Below, piece by piece: positions 29,986 through 40,602 of a stretch of DNA of 64,000 nt. Source of the stretch: Candidatus Bathyarchaeota archaeon (GTDB lineage: Archaea; Thermoproteota; CALKCG01; B24; DRYS01); NCBI GenBank assembly GCA_018396535.1, contig JAGTQC010000001.1, positions 128,001 to 192,000 on the forward strand. The letters run 5' to 3'. How positions within the stretch are numbered: the stretch's first letter is position 1; each line of letters opens with the position of its first letter. Below the pieces are notes generated by a model. It was given only the letters and a program-made list of their open reading frames with translations, was not told the origin of the DNA and did not search any database. A program made the translations under genes and the position numbers.

Positions 29986-30909
29986 TTAGTATTCCTCTGC
30001 TATAACCTCGAATATCCTATGCTCGTAATCATATAACGTTTTCGCAGCATCGATGAACCTGGTATACTCATCGTATGATAGATCCCATTTCAAGATGTAT
30101 TCAACCCCACATCTACCGATTATAACAGGTACTCCTACACTAACCTCACCCAGTCCATCAATATCTATGATAGAAGAGCAGCAGAACAGCCTCTTCTGAT
30201 CCAATAGTATAGATTCCACTAATTCAGCAGTATGGTAGGCGGGGCCGTACACGGTCGCACCCTTCCTCCGTATAACTTCCAGAGCAAAATTGAGAAGCCT
30301 AGACTCTATCCTAGCTCTATAATCAACTGATACCATAAATGGTTTACCATCAACCTTAACCATACTGAATATAGGTACCTGATGCTCTCCATGCTCTCCT
30401 ATAACGTATCCCTCTATCCTATCCAATGGTATAGAAAGCTCCTCTGAGAGTATCAATCTAAACCTAGCAGAATCGAGCTGACATCCACAACCTATAAAGC
30501 AACCCCTAGGTAGACCTAGGATACGGTAGATTAGATAATTCATAACATCCACAGGGTTTGTTAGAGTGATAAAGATAGATTCTACTCTATGATCGAGGAG
30601 TTTACGAGCAACCCCAGCTAATATCCTAGCATTATCCTCAGCTAGCTGCATCCTAGATACCGTATCCCTCGTCCTAGGCTTACCTGCAGCTATAACTACC
30701 ACATCTGATCCAGCTATATCGCTATAATCGCCAACTCTAACCTTAGGCTTACCATGTATAGCTATAGCTTGAAGTATATCGTAAGCGTGACCTACCGCTA
30801 CATCCGAAGCTATATCCAGTAATACAAGCTCATCCACTATACCTCTTACAGCTAGCTCATATGCTATACATGATCCTAGAGTACCTACACCTATGATCGA
30901 TACCTTCAA
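29986..30909 (-). CDS. mdh: malate dehydrogenase (LDH-like MDH family)
   Basis: GVGTLG, GKPR (Arg at the specificity site), TNPVD, LDSARF and GEHG motifs; TTG start overlapping the elf1 stop. Confidence 0.8.
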   Translation of the reverse strand: MKVSIIGVGTLGSCIAYELAVRGIVDELVLLDIASDVAVGHAYDILQAIAIHGKPKVRVGDYSDIAGSDVVVIAAGKPRTRDTVSRMQLAEDNARILAGVARKLLDHRVESIFITLTNPVDVMNYLIYRILGLPRGCFIGCGCQLDSARFRLILSEELSIPLDRIEGYVIGEHGEHQVPIFSMVKVDGKPFMVSVDYRARIESRLLNFALEVIRRKGATVYGPAYHTAELVESILLDQKRLFCCSSIIDIDGLGEVSVGVPVIIGRCGVEYILKWDLSYDEYTRFIDAAKTLYDYEHRIFEVIAEEY

Positions 30910-31175
30910 CTCCCACCTACCTCTCCTAGATTCAGCTTTCCAGAATACACCATATCGGTCCATGCACCATACGCATCGACTATAGACATATACGGTTTAA
31001 CCTCAACCTCACCTCTAGCACCACATGAACTACATACGACGATAGCTATACCCCTACTCTTATCTATATTCACTGAGACGGATCTACGACCACAAAGAAC
31101 GCATGGGAAAACCTTAGGTAGAACCCTTACCACCCGCTTTATAACCTTCCTCCTACGCCTCCTACCCATACCCAT
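30906..31175 (-). CDS. elf1: transcription elongation factor Elf1
   Basis: MGRRRRRK...LPKVFPCVLCG...CSSCG...VDAY..W.D. Confidence 0.9.
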   Translation of the reverse strand: MGMGRRRRRKVIKRVVRVLPKVFPCVLCGRRSVSVNIDKSRGIAIVVCSSCGARGEVEVKPYMSIVDAYGAWTDMVYSGKLNLGEVGGS

Positions 31176-31294
31176 ACACCTTTCAGAGTAGAACCTATAC
31201 TAACTTCAAGGTATACACCGTTTTTAAAGTTAGCCCTCTCTATGGAGGGTAAGCCTTAAGTTCTAGGACCTATCAAAGTAGAGGTGGTGTAAAT

Positions 31295-31633
31295 ATGTCC
31301 TTCTACCAGTATATAGACTACCTGTTAAAGGAGAGGAAGAATCTCGAAGATAGGATTAAACATATGTCTAAAGCAGAGTTGGTACAACTTGGTAGACAAC
31401 TCCTCGCTACGTATAGGCAAAGTTTGAAAGGCTTCGATGAATGGTTTACAAACTTCTATGTCATGGATAAAATGGATATAGATATGCTTAAAGATGTGGT
31501 ATTGAACCTTATGCGTATAGGATTCCAGCTCCTAGAGTATGATAGGTATATAACATGGCTATGGTATGAGAAGGAGGAAGCTGAGAGACGTAAGATGCTT
31601 GAGAATAAGGGTAATCAAACCCATATAGTATAG
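31295..31633 (+). CDS. DUF2153-like helical protein
   Basis: QSLKGFDEW...M...ML.....LLEYD pattern. Confidence 0.6.
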   Translation: MSFYQYIDYLLKERKNLEDRIKHMSKAELVQLGRQLLATYRQSLKGFDEWFTNFYVMDKMDIDMLKDVVLNLMRIGFQLLEYDRYITWLWYEKEEAERRKMLENKGNQTHIV

Positions 31634-31671
31634 GTTAGCTATAGCATCGGTATAAAGGGTGTACTCATGGA

Positions 31672-32274
31672 TTGTCAACCCCAACTCTACACATACCAGA
31701 AATACCTGAACCAGTACCGGTTAAGCTCGATGCATATTCTACAGCTTTAATACTAGTAGATCTACAGAACGATTTCCTCCATCCTAGAGGAGCGTTATAC
31801 ATGGGTAATGAAGCGCGTAGGATAATAGAGCCTACTAGGAGGCTTATAGATAAAGCAGTATCTAGAGGGGTACGCTTAATCTACACTCAGGATTGGCATC
31901 CGCCAGATTCACCTGAATTCCATATATGGCCTAAACACGCTGTTATGAATACATGGGGTTCAGAGATAATAGATGAGCTTAAACCTACACCTGCATCCTT
32001 CATAGTGAGGAAGGAGACCTATGATGCATACTATGGCACAGGCTTAGATACCCTACTAAAACTACTAGGGGTTAAACATCTCGTTATAACGGGTGTAGTA
32101 TCAAATATATGCGTACTCCATACGATCGGTAGCTCAGCTTTAAGGGGGTATAAACCATATGTACCGATAGATTGTATAGCTGCCCTCAACGATTTCGATC
32201 AGATACTAACCCTAAGACAAGTATCATTCCTATATAAAGGTGTATTAACCAGGTCTGATCTTATAGACTTCTAA
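31672..32274 (+). CDS. isochorismatase-family cysteine hydrolase, probable nicotinamidase
   Basis: VDLQNDF, DWH, WPKH, RK and SNICV motifs (D-K-C triad). Confidence 0.85.
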   Translation: MSTPTLHIPEIPEPVPVKLDAYSTALILVDLQNDFLHPRGALYMGNEARRIIEPTRRLIDKAVSRGVRLIYTQDWHPPDSPEFHIWPKHAVMNTWGSEIIDELKPTPASFIVRKETYDAYYGTGLDTLLKLLGVKHLVITGVVSNICVLHTIGSSALRGYKPYVPIDCIAALNDFDQILTLRQVSFLYKGVLTRSDLIDF

Positions 32275-32392
32275 TGATCAAATCAGAACCAGGATCTAGA
32301 CGACATACAGACAACTCTAATCTTAATTAATTATTAACATAGCTTAAGGTTTATCTATAGATAGAGGATACGGTAAGCTGGGAGGCTTCGAA

Positions 32393-33163
32393 TTGGGTAA
32401 AGTCGAGGAATATCTGAGGGAGAGGATAGAGTCTAAGGGAGCTATTCACATAACCTTAATCGATCCTGAACGTGGATCCGTAGAGAAGCTTACAGATATA
32501 GCTTGTAGAGCTGAGAAAGCCGGTACTTCAGCTATAATGATAGGGAGCTCTACACTCGTATCACAATACATGCTCGATGAATTACTGAAGGAGATGAAGC
32601 CTCGTCTATCGATACCTACTATAATATTCCCTAATAACATCGCAGCTCTTACTAGGCTAGCAGATGCTATATGGTTTATGTCACTACTCAACTCAGATAA
32701 CCCATACTTTATAACTGGAGCTCAAGCTTTAGCAGCACCTATCGTTAAGATGTACGGTTTAGAAGCTATACCTATGGGGTACATAATAATGGGTGAGGGG
32801 GGAGCAGCTGGGTTTATAGGCTGCGCTAGACCGATACCATACGAGAAGCCTGAGATAGCTGCTGCATACGCGTTAGCAGCACAACTCCTAGGAATGAGGT
32901 TTATCTATCTAGAAGCTGGTTCAGGTGTTAGAAGACCTATACCACCAGAAGCTGTGAGGATTGTACGTAGCATGATAGATATACCATTAATAGTAGGCGG
33001 CGGACTTAGAACTTCTGAACAGATAGAAGCTACAGCCGCAGCTGGAGCTAATATAGTAGTCACGGGTACAGCTGTGGAACAAGTTGAAGATATTGAGAAG
33101 CTGATATACAGCTTCACTGAAGCAGCTGCTAGGGGGGCTGAGAGATATCGTAGAATACAGTGA
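32393..33163 (+). CDS. geranylgeranylglyceryl phosphate synthase
   Basis: HITLIDP, SLLNS, YLEAGSG and VGGG motifs. Confidence 0.93.
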   Translation: MGKVEEYLRERIESKGAIHITLIDPERGSVEKLTDIACRAEKAGTSAIMIGSSTLVSQYMLDELLKEMKPRLSIPTIIFPNNIAALTRLADAIWFMSLLNSDNPYFITGAQALAAPIVKMYGLEAIPMGYIIMGEGGAAGFIGCARPIPYEKPEIAAAYALAAQLLGMRFIYLEAGSGVRRPIPPEAVRIVRSMIDIPLIVGGGLRTSEQIEATAAAGANIVVTGTAVEQVEDIEKLIYSFTEAAARGAERYRRIQ

Positions 33164-36100
33164 GCTATACTCAGAGTACTTCTCTAAGCTTGAGGGGGAG
33201 CTTAGAAAGGCTTTCTCGATAGCTAGTATCGCTAGGAGTAGAGGGATGGATCCATCCCTAGAGGTTGAGGTTAAACTAGCTGAGGATATGGCGGAGAGGG
33301 TTGAACTACTCGTAGGCCCCCCGGGTATAGCTAGCTATATACGTAGATTGAAGAATACGATGAGTAGGGAAGCTCTAGCTTTCAAAGCTGCTGAGGATAT
33401 AGTATCCGGTATTCTAGGATCATTCAAACCTGAGGAGGCTGCTGAAAAAGCATTAAGAACAGCGTTAGCTATACTTACAGAAGCTGTAACGGTAGCACCT
33501 GTACAAGGTATAACGAAGGTATCTATAAAACGTAACTTCGATGGGACAAGCTATCTATCAGTATACTTCGCTGGACCTATACGTCCAGCCGGTGGTACTG
33601 AGCAAGGGCTGATAGTAGTCGTAGCGGATCATATACGTAGGAAGCTTGGTTTAGAAGCATATAAACCGACAGAGGAGGAGGTTAATAGATTCATAGAGGA
33701 GGTACGCCTCTACGAGAGGGAGGTACGTCCATTCCAGTATAGAGTACCAGATGAGGTTCTTAGAAGAGCTATAGAGAATCTGCCCGTAGAAGTTACAGGT
33801 GTAGAAACGGATCCAGTCGAGGTATCATACTATAGGGATCTACCTAGGATAGAGACGAATAGGGTTAGAGGTGGAGCATTGATAGTGGTTAACGATGGAT
33901 TGATAGGTAGACATAGGAAGATAGCTAGAGTCGTTAAGGAGCTTGGTATCGATGGATGGGATTGGCTTGAAAACCTCTGGGAGGCTGAGGGAGGGGATAA
34001 ATCACTCATATTCCTAGATGAGGTTATAGCTGGACGGCCGGTATTCTCCAGCCCATCAGCCTACGGTGGGTTTAGAGTTAGGTATGGGAGGAGCCGTAAT
34101 ACTGGGCTAGCTGCTGTAGGACTACACCCATCCACCCTATACATACTCGACGAGTTTCTAGCCGTAGGTACACAGATAAAGCTTGAGAGACCTGGTAAGG
34201 GTGGTATAGTAGCAGTCGTAGATTCGATAGAACCACCTATAGTTAAGCTTAAGAACGGCGATGTAGTTAGACTAGATAAGCCGCCTAGCGAAGATATACT
34301 TAGAAATGTAGATAGGATACTATTCCTCGGCGATATACTCCTAAGCTTCTATGAATTCCTAGAGAATAAGCATACACTACTCCCAGCTAACTTTACGGAG
34401 GAGGAGTGGGCTGAAGATCTTAGAGCTAGGATAGCGGAGCTAGGCTTCCTAGATATAGGTATACCAGCTGAGAGGATTAATAGAATACTAGCGAATCCAC
34501 TAAGCGAGTACCCTACTGTTCAAGAGGCTTTGAAGATATCTAAAGTATACGGTATACCACTGCATCCACGCTACGTCTACAGCTGGGATAGAATATCATC
34601 TTCCGAGCTATATGCTCTAAGATTATGGCTGCAGAGTGGTTATATCAGATCGGATAGGATAGAGGCTCCATATAATTCTCAATTCAAAGCTATCCTAGAA
34701 AGGGTTTGGATACCACACAAGATTAGAGAAGGGAGGATAATAATAGAGGGGGGTGATGCAGAAGCTCTCGTAACTACACTACAACTAGGATCAGATGTAG
34801 AGGTGGATCTAGAGATGAGGGATGGTTTATCAGTATTATCGAAGATTCTAGGTATACCTATGAGGAGTAAAGCTGTATCATTCATAGGAGCTCGTATGGG
34901 TAGACCTGAGAAAGCGAAGCCTAGAGAAATGAAGCCGCCCGTACATGTATTATTCCCCGTAGGCTTATACGGTGGATCAAAGAGGGATATCATAGAAGCC
35001 TCTACTAAGAAGAGTATATCTGTAGAGGTTGTAGATAGAAGGTGTACCGTATGTGGTAGACTATCCTTCACGACGGTTTGCACAAGGTGTAAGGCACCGA
35101 CTAGGATAACATATAGATGCCCTAAGTGTAGACGTGAGTATACTGAGAAGCGTATATGCGATGTATGCGGTAGCCAGACTATGGGATGGAGCCTACAGAT
35201 AGTACCCCTAAGAGAGATTCTAGATGAAGCTAAGACCAGGATAGGATATACATCGTTGAAGATATTGAAGGGTGTTAGAAGTCTCTTAAGCGAAGATAGA
35301 ATACCTGAAATCCTAGAGAAGGGTATAATCAGAGCTAGGTATAACGTAACGATATTTAAGGATGGGACTATAAGATTCGACTCGACTAACGCCCCTCTAA
35401 CGCATTTCAAACCAGTCGAGATAAACGTATCTGTAGAAGATCTCAGAAGACTTGGATATACCGTCGATATATATGGAAAGCCTCTTATAAACGAGGATCA
35501 GTTATGCGAATTGAAGATACACGATATAATAATAGGATTCGATGGAGCCTACTACCTCGAGAAGGTTGCGAAGTTTGTAGATGAGGAATTAGAGAAGATA
35601 TACGGTTTAGAACCATATTATAGACTAAGAAGCTATAGAGATCTTGTAGGCCATCTAGTAGTAGGTCTAGCACCCCATACATCTGTAGGTGTTCTAGGTA
35701 GGATTATAGGGTTTACAGAAGCTAGCGTATGCTTCGCTCACCCATACTGGCATGCAGCTAAGAGGAGAGATTGCGATGGGGATGAAGATTCCATCATGCT
35801 ACTACTAGATTGTCTACTAAACTTTTCTAGACATTACTTGCCATCAAAGATGGGGGGGCTTATGGATGCTCCACTATTCCTAACATATAGGATAGATCCT
35901 ACCGAAGTCGATTCAGCAGTCCATAACCTAGATATAGCTGAGAAGTATCCACTCGAATTCTATGATCTAGCATCGAAGATGGCTGATCCTAAGGAGGCGT
36001 TAAAGTATGTAGAAGTAGTATCTCATAGATTGAATTCTAAGATGCAATTCGAAGGCTTCAGGTATACGCATGAAACCTCCCATATAACCTGTGGACCTAA

Positions 36101-36536
36101 ATCATCTAGATATAAGCGTCTCAGAACAATGTATGATAAGGTTAAAGCACAGATAGATATGGTTGAGAGGATAGAAGCTGTAGAAGCTAGAATAGTAGTA
36201 GAGAAGGTATTGGAGACACATCTAGTTAAGGATCTGGCTGGTAACATAAAAGCTTTCGTATCTCAACAATTTAGGTGTAAGAGATGTAACTCTAAGTATA
36301 GACGTATACCGTTAAAAGGAGTCTGTATTAGATGTGGAGGGGAGCTTACACTAACTGTACACCCGAGCTCTGTAGAGAAGTATCTTAGACTTGCAGAAGA
36401 TATATCGAAGAGGTATCCAGTGGATCCGTATATAAAGGAGAGAGTTAAGCTTCTAAGCGAGGAGATATCCTCCCTACTCCATGAAGCTAGATCTGATAAC
36501 GGTAAAGGCAGAATGAGACTTTCTGATTTCATGTAA
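33138..36536 (+). CDS. polC: DNA polymerase D large subunit DP2 (probable non-canonical start)
   Basis: YFAGPIR.AGGT, RYGRSRNTG, KRRDCDGDED and zinc fingers. The conserved YF..LE...IA..ARSRG.DP N-terminus lies upstream of ATG 33246. Confidence 0.95.
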   Translation: MRDIVEYSELYSEYFSKLEGELRKAFSIASIARSRGMDPSLEVEVKLAEDMAERVELLVGPPGIASYIRRLKNTMSREALAFKAAEDIVSGILGSFKPEEAAEKALRTALAILTEAVTVAPVQGITKVSIKRNFDGTSYLSVYFAGPIRPAGGTEQGLIVVVADHIRRKLGLEAYKPTEEEVNRFIEEVRLYEREVRPFQYRVPDEVLRRAIENLPVEVTGVETDPVEVSYYRDLPRIETNRVRGGALIVVNDGLIGRHRKIARVVKELGIDGWDWLENLWEAEGGDKSLIFLDEVIAGRPVFSSPSAYGGFRVRYGRSRNTGLAAVGLHPSTLYILDEFLAVGTQIKLERPGKGGIVAVVDSIEPPIVKLKNGDVVRLDKPPSEDILRNVDRILFLGDILLSFYEFLENKHTLLPANFTEEEWAEDLRARIAELGFLDIGIPAERINRILANPLSEYPTVQEALKISKVYGIPLHPRYVYSWDRISSSELYALRLWLQSGYIRSDRIEAPYNSQFKAILERVWIPHKIREGRIIIEGGDAEALVTTLQLGSDVEVDLEMRDGLSVLSKILGIPMRSKAVSFIGARMGRPEKAKPREMKPPVHVLFPVGLYGGSKRDIIEASTKKSISVEVVDRRCTVCGRLSFTTVCTRCKAPTRITYRCPKCRREYTEKRICDVCGSQTMGWSLQIVPLREILDEAKTRIGYTSLKILKGVRSLLSEDRIPEILEKGIIRARYNVTIFKDGTIRFDSTNAPLTHFKPVEINVSVEDLRRLGYTVDIYGKPLINEDQLCELKIHDIIIGFDGAYYLEKVAKFVDEELEKIYGLEPYYRLRSYRDLVGHLVVGLAPHTSVGVLGRIIGFTEASVCFAHPYWHAAKRRDCDGDEDSIMLLLDCLLNFSRHYLPSKMGGLMDAPLFLTYRIDPTEVDSAVHNLDIAEKYPLEFYDLASKMADPKEALKYVEVVSHRLNSKMQFEGFRYTHETSHITCGPKSSRYKRLRTMYDKVKAQIDMVERIEAVEARIVVEKVLETHLVKDLAGNIKAFVSQQFRCKRCNSKYRRIPLKGVCIRCGGELTLTVHPSSVEKYLRLAEDISKRYPVDPYIKERVKLLSEEISSLLHEARSDNGKGRMRLSDFM

Positions 36537-36593
36537 ATCTACATATAACGTTTATTTCACCGTCCACAGAATTCTACGATTCTTAGAAAGGGT

Positions 36594-37532
36594 TTGAGTA
36601 TCCCTCAGAAAGTGTTTAAATACTATGAGCGATATAGGAGTATAATACCGGATTACGACGAGTTTATATCATACATCCTTAAGCCGCTACCATACTCTAT
36701 AAGAGTTAATACACTTAAGATAACACCTGAAAAGCTAGCTCAGAGGATGGAGAGTAAGGGCTTCATACTAAGGAAGTCTAAGCTTCACCCATGGTTTTTC
36801 GAAGTGGATTGTATAGATGAGGAGAGGGGGATAGGGGCGACGTTAGAGCATGCCCTAGGCTACTATTATGCACAAGAGATAGTATCTGGCATACCACCTA
36901 TAGTATTGGATCCTAAGCCGTGGGAGCTTATACTCGATATGGCTGCAGCACCTGGAAGCAAGACGACTCAAATAGCTCAGATGATGAAGTGTAAAGGTAC
37001 GATCGTAGCTAACGATGTAAGTCGTGAAAGAGTTAAAGCGTTAAAGTCTAACCTAGATAGGCTCGGTGTAACTAATACCATAGTGACTATATGCGATGCT
37101 AGACGCTTCTACTCAGATATAATGTTTGATAGGATACTACTAGATGCTCCATGCAGTTCTGAAGCTACCATAAGGAAGGATCCATCCCTACCCCTAGATC
37201 TATCCTATAGGTTACCGAGAAGTTTCTCTAGATTACAGAAAAGTATGATCGAGAGAGCATACCATCTACTCAAGCATGATGGTATACTAGTCTATTCGGT
37301 ATGTACATTCGCACCAGAGGAATGCGAGGAAGTCGTAGAGTATGCTCTGAAGATAGGGTTTGAGATAGAGGAGGTAGATATACCTTTGAAATATGTAGAA
37401 GGCGTTACTGAATGGGTGGATGAAAGAGGGAGAAGGAGATCATACGATCCAGATGTTAGTAAAGCTATACGTATATACCCACACTTCGAGAATTCTGGAG
37501 GTATGTTTGTTGCCAAACTTAGAAAGGTATAG
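36594..37532 (+). CDS. RsmB/NOP (NSUN) RNA m5C methyltransferase
   Basis: DMAAAPGSKT, LLDAPCS and YSVCT motifs. Confidence 0.92.
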   Translation: MSIPQKVFKYYERYRSIIPDYDEFISYILKPLPYSIRVNTLKITPEKLAQRMESKGFILRKSKLHPWFFEVDCIDEERGIGATLEHALGYYYAQEIVSGIPPIVLDPKPWELILDMAAAPGSKTTQIAQMMKCKGTIVANDVSRERVKALKSNLDRLGVTNTIVTICDARRFYSDIMFDRILLDAPCSSEATIRKDPSLPLDLSYRLPRSFSRLQKSMIERAYHLLKHDGILVYSVCTFAPEECEEVVEYALKIGFEIEEVDIPLKYVEGVTEWVDERGRRRSYDPDVSKAIRIYPHFENSGGMFVAKLRKV

Positions 37533-37992
37533 GATATGTAGTAGCGAGGAGGTTAGACGAATACTAGATTATCTAGAGGAGAGGTATGGTATACCTAGAA
37601 GCGTCTTCGAAAATTACACATTCCTTGTGAGAGGGAAGAATAGTATATGGATATATAGCGGGCATCCATCGATACTAGAGTTGATACCGAACGTTAGCAT
37701 AGCCGGTATTAGAGCACTACATCTATCCATAAAGAAGACTTTGAAACCTACCACCATATTCCTACAAGTATTCGGAAAATACGCTACCAAGAATGTAGTA
37801 GAATTGGAGAGTGAAGAGGAGGCGGTGACATTCATGAGCGGGGGGAGTATCGCTAGATACTACGATGTAGAGGAGGGGTTCGTAGTAGTGAAATTCGGTA
37901 GCGATGTACTAGGTTGCGGATTATATTCTAATGGCGTATTAAGATCTAAGATACCTAAAACTCTGAGAGTTAGGTTTGAATGGTTTAAGTAA
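37510..37992 (+). CDS. NIP7/PUA-like RNA-binding partner of the m5C methyltransferase
   Basis: LEERYGI...KPTT.FLQ.FG..ATKN...LGCGLY; GGAGGT SD before the TTG at 37510. Confidence 0.7.
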   Translation: MPNLERYRICSSEEVRRILDYLEERYGIPRSVFENYTFLVRGKNSIWIYSGHPSILELIPNVSIAGIRALHLSIKKTLKPTTIFLQVFGKYATKNVVELESEEEAVTFMSGGSIARYYDVEEGFVVVKFGSDVLGCGLYSNGVLRSKIPKTLRVRFEWFK

Positions 37993-38043
37993 TGTTAAAG
38001 TATATATGGCGTTACGGTAGATAACTAGAATCTTAGATGGGTT

Positions 38044-38655
38044 ATGCCTACCTATGTTAAACGTGTAGGTCCAGGTTCAAGACTTATGGATCGTAAAATC
38101 GCTATAATCGTAGCTAACGAATTCGAGGATGTGGAGCTGCTATACCCGTTCCTAAGACTCAGTGAGGAGGGTGCTGAAATAGTTATAGTACCGGTGAAAA
38201 GAGGGTTGCATCCTAGGCCTTCGGTTAGAGATAAGCCTGTAACCGGGAGGTATGGTACCCCCATACCTCTAGAAGTCTTTGGAGAAGGTGTTAGATATGC
38301 TATACGAGAATTAGATTCTATCAAACCTGAAGATTTTGATGCATACGTAATACCAGGAGGATTCTCACCAGATAGCTTAAGGATAATGCCTACAGTCCTA
38401 AACCTCATTAGACGAGCATACGAATCGGGTAAGATTATAGCAGCTATATGCCATGGACCTCAAGTTCTAATATCAGCTGGATTAGTTAAGGGTAGAAGAG
38501 TGACATCCTATGCAGCTGTTAGAGATGATCTTATAAACGCTGGAGCTATATTCGTAGATGAGCCGGCTGTTAGGGATGGGAATATAATAACTGCTAGAGT
38601 CCCGGATGATCTACCTGAATTCTGTAGACTTATCATAGAGGCCTTATCTAGCTAG
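38044..38655 (+). CDS. PfpI/DJ-1 family protease or deglycase
   Basis: FEDVE, IPGG and AAICHGP motifs. Confidence 0.92.
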   Translation: MPTYVKRVGPGSRLMDRKIAIIVANEFEDVELLYPFLRLSEEGAEIVIVPVKRGLHPRPSVRDKPVTGRYGTPIPLEVFGEGVRYAIRELDSIKPEDFDAYVIPGGFSPDSLRIMPTVLNLIRRAYESGKIIAAICHGPQVLISAGLVKGRRVTSYAAVRDDLINAGAIFVDEPAVRDGNIITARVPDDLPEFCRLIIEALSS

Positions 38656-38704
38656 AACTGGCTTAGTCTAACTTAGATTCAAGAGTATCTCTAGGTGTCC
38701 TGTA

Positions 38705-39688
38705 TTGCTAGGGATGGGTATGGATGTTGTATGCGTAGGAGAATGTATAGTCGATCTAATACCGCTAGGTGAAAGCGTATATAAAGCATGCTTCGGAGGA
38801 GCACCGATGAATACAGCTATAGCATGTAGTAGGCTTGGACTTAAAGTAGGTGTGATAACTTGTATCGGTAACGATCAACTAGGCGACTTCCTATTAGAGA
38901 CTCTGAAAACTAATATGATCGATGTAAGCCGTATCCGTAGACTTAATCTACGAACGACTATCTCCATAGTATCGAAGCAGCGTAGGGGTGAGGTAGACTA
39001 TATATTCTATAGGAAGCCGTGGAGCCTGAGCTCAGATACAGAGTATTATCTAAGTAGTGAGGATATAGATTATCTAAGAGGAGCACGCCTACTCCATATA
39101 TCCGGCTTCGCATTCTCTCAGAAACCTGCTAGAGATGAGTATCAGAAGCTTGTAAGGGAGGCTAAGAATATCGGGTTAGCTATATCTCTAGATCCAACAT
39201 TCAGGATCGATGTATGGCCTAATATAACTGAAGCCTACGAAGTCTATAGCGAGTTATTTCGTATAGCAGATATAGTCTTATCTACGTACAGGGAGCTTAG
39301 AATCCTACTAGGTATCGATAGTATACGTGGAATTCTAGATCTATGCAGTAAGTATGGATGGAGGATTCTAGGTATTAAGATGGGGGCTAAAGGATCCATA
39401 CTCTATATGGATGGCGCTATTTCTAGTCTAGAATCCTTCAAAATAGAAGCTGTGGATACGGTCGGCGCTGGTGATGCATGGAATGCCGCTATCATATACG
39501 GGATCATTAAGGGTTTAGCTATAGATGAAGTAGTACTGCTAGCTAACGCTGTAGCCGCTATGAAGTGTATGAGAGTAGGTGCGGTTGAGGGTTTACCTAA
39601 ACTAGAAGATGTTAGACGTTTCATAGAATCTAGTAGTAGACCTAAACCTCTAAGATTAGAGGAATTCGATTTAGATCTGGAGGATTAA
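38705..39688 (+). CDS. PfkB family carbohydrate kinase
   Basis: GGAPMN and DTVGAGDA motifs. Confidence 0.92.
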   Translation: MLGMGMDVVCVGECIVDLIPLGESVYKACFGGAPMNTAIACSRLGLKVGVITCIGNDQLGDFLLETLKTNMIDVSRIRRLNLRTTISIVSKQRRGEVDYIFYRKPWSLSSDTEYYLSSEDIDYLRGARLLHISGFAFSQKPARDEYQKLVREAKNIGLAISLDPTFRIDVWPNITEAYEVYSELFRIADIVLSTYRELRILLGIDSIRGILDLCSKYGWRILGIKMGAKGSILYMDGAISSLESFKIEAVDTVGAGDAWNAAIIYGIIKGLAIDEVVLLANAVAAMKCMRVGAVEGLPKLEDVRRFIESSSRPKPLRLEEFDLDLED

Positions 39689-39690
39689 CA

Positions 39691-40317
39691 ATGAATATAC
39701 TTAGAGGTGCATGGAGGGTTAAAGCTAGGATTAAGAAACTCTACGATTCCTCTAGGTACTGCTATCTAGAACTTTATCGAGGAAAACAGATCGCTAAATA
39801 TGATAGGATAATCGATAGTATAAGGAATCTAAGGTTTAAAGTAATACTAGATGCTGGATGCGGCCCAGGATTCTACGTAGAAAAATTATCGAAGATAGCA
39901 GATCTCTATATAGGTTTAGATATTTGTAGAGGTATGCTCGATATAGCGAAGGATATGCATAAGCATATAAGTAACGTAGAGTTTATAGTAGGTGATGCAG
40001 ATTATCCGCCTTTCAAAGATGGATCATTCGATATAGTACTAGCAGTTACACTCCTCCAGAATCAACCGGATCCGAGACTAACCATATCTAAGCTGGCAAG
40101 GTTAGTTAAGGATGATGGAATACTCGCTACTACATTCCTTAAGAAGATGTTTAACTTAAAGGATGTATTGAGGATTATGGAGTCTTCTACAAATCTAACA
40201 CCAATCTACATAGATGATAGTACAGAAGACTATATAGTCGTGTGTAAGGTTGGAGATATGGAATCTAAGCAGGGAGATAGGAAGGTCGATGTTCCAAGTA
40301 TATCGTGGATGCGATAG
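39691..40317 (+). CDS. class I SAM-dependent methyltransferase
   Basis: ILDAGCGPG and PFKDGSFD motifs. Confidence 0.88.
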   Translation: MNILRGAWRVKARIKKLYDSSRYCYLELYRGKQIAKYDRIIDSIRNLRFKVILDAGCGPGFYVEKLSKIADLYIGLDICRGMLDIAKDMHKHISNVEFIVGDADYPPFKDGSFDIVLAVTLLQNQPDPRLTISKLARLVKDDGILATTFLKKMFNLKDVLRIMESSTNLTPIYIDDSTEDYIVVCKVGDMESKQGDRKVDVPSISWMR

Positions 40318-40361
40318 GTATATTTTAACTAGTTGATTCCTAGTAAAATATAGGGGAGAGC

Positions 40362-40595
40362 ATGCCCCTAGATCTAATGGTTGAGAAGGCGTTTAGACTC
40401 GTGAAGGATGGGAAAATTGAGGAGCTAGACGGTGGACGATTCAACGTTATAGGCGATCATGGGACATATATCGTACAGATAGATCCAAATGGTAGGCTTA
40501 CCTGTAGCTGCCCAGGGTTTGGTAGGAGAAGGATGTGTAGTCATATAGCTGCGGTTATAATATATAGGAATTTTAGATCGTATAAATCCAGCTAA
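40362..40595 (+). CDS. SWIM zinc finger protein
   Basis: CSCPGF....CSH motif. Confidence 0.85.
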   Translation: MPLDLMVEKAFRLVKDGKIEELDGGRFNVIGDHGTYIVQIDPNGRLTCSCPGFGRRRMCSHIAAVIIYRNFRSYKSS

Positions 40596-40602
40596 AACAG
40601 AC

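Noticed and set aside
33138-36536. Intein in PolD DP2
   Set aside because: Length is normal and the HPYWHAAKRRDCDGDED region is uninterrupted.
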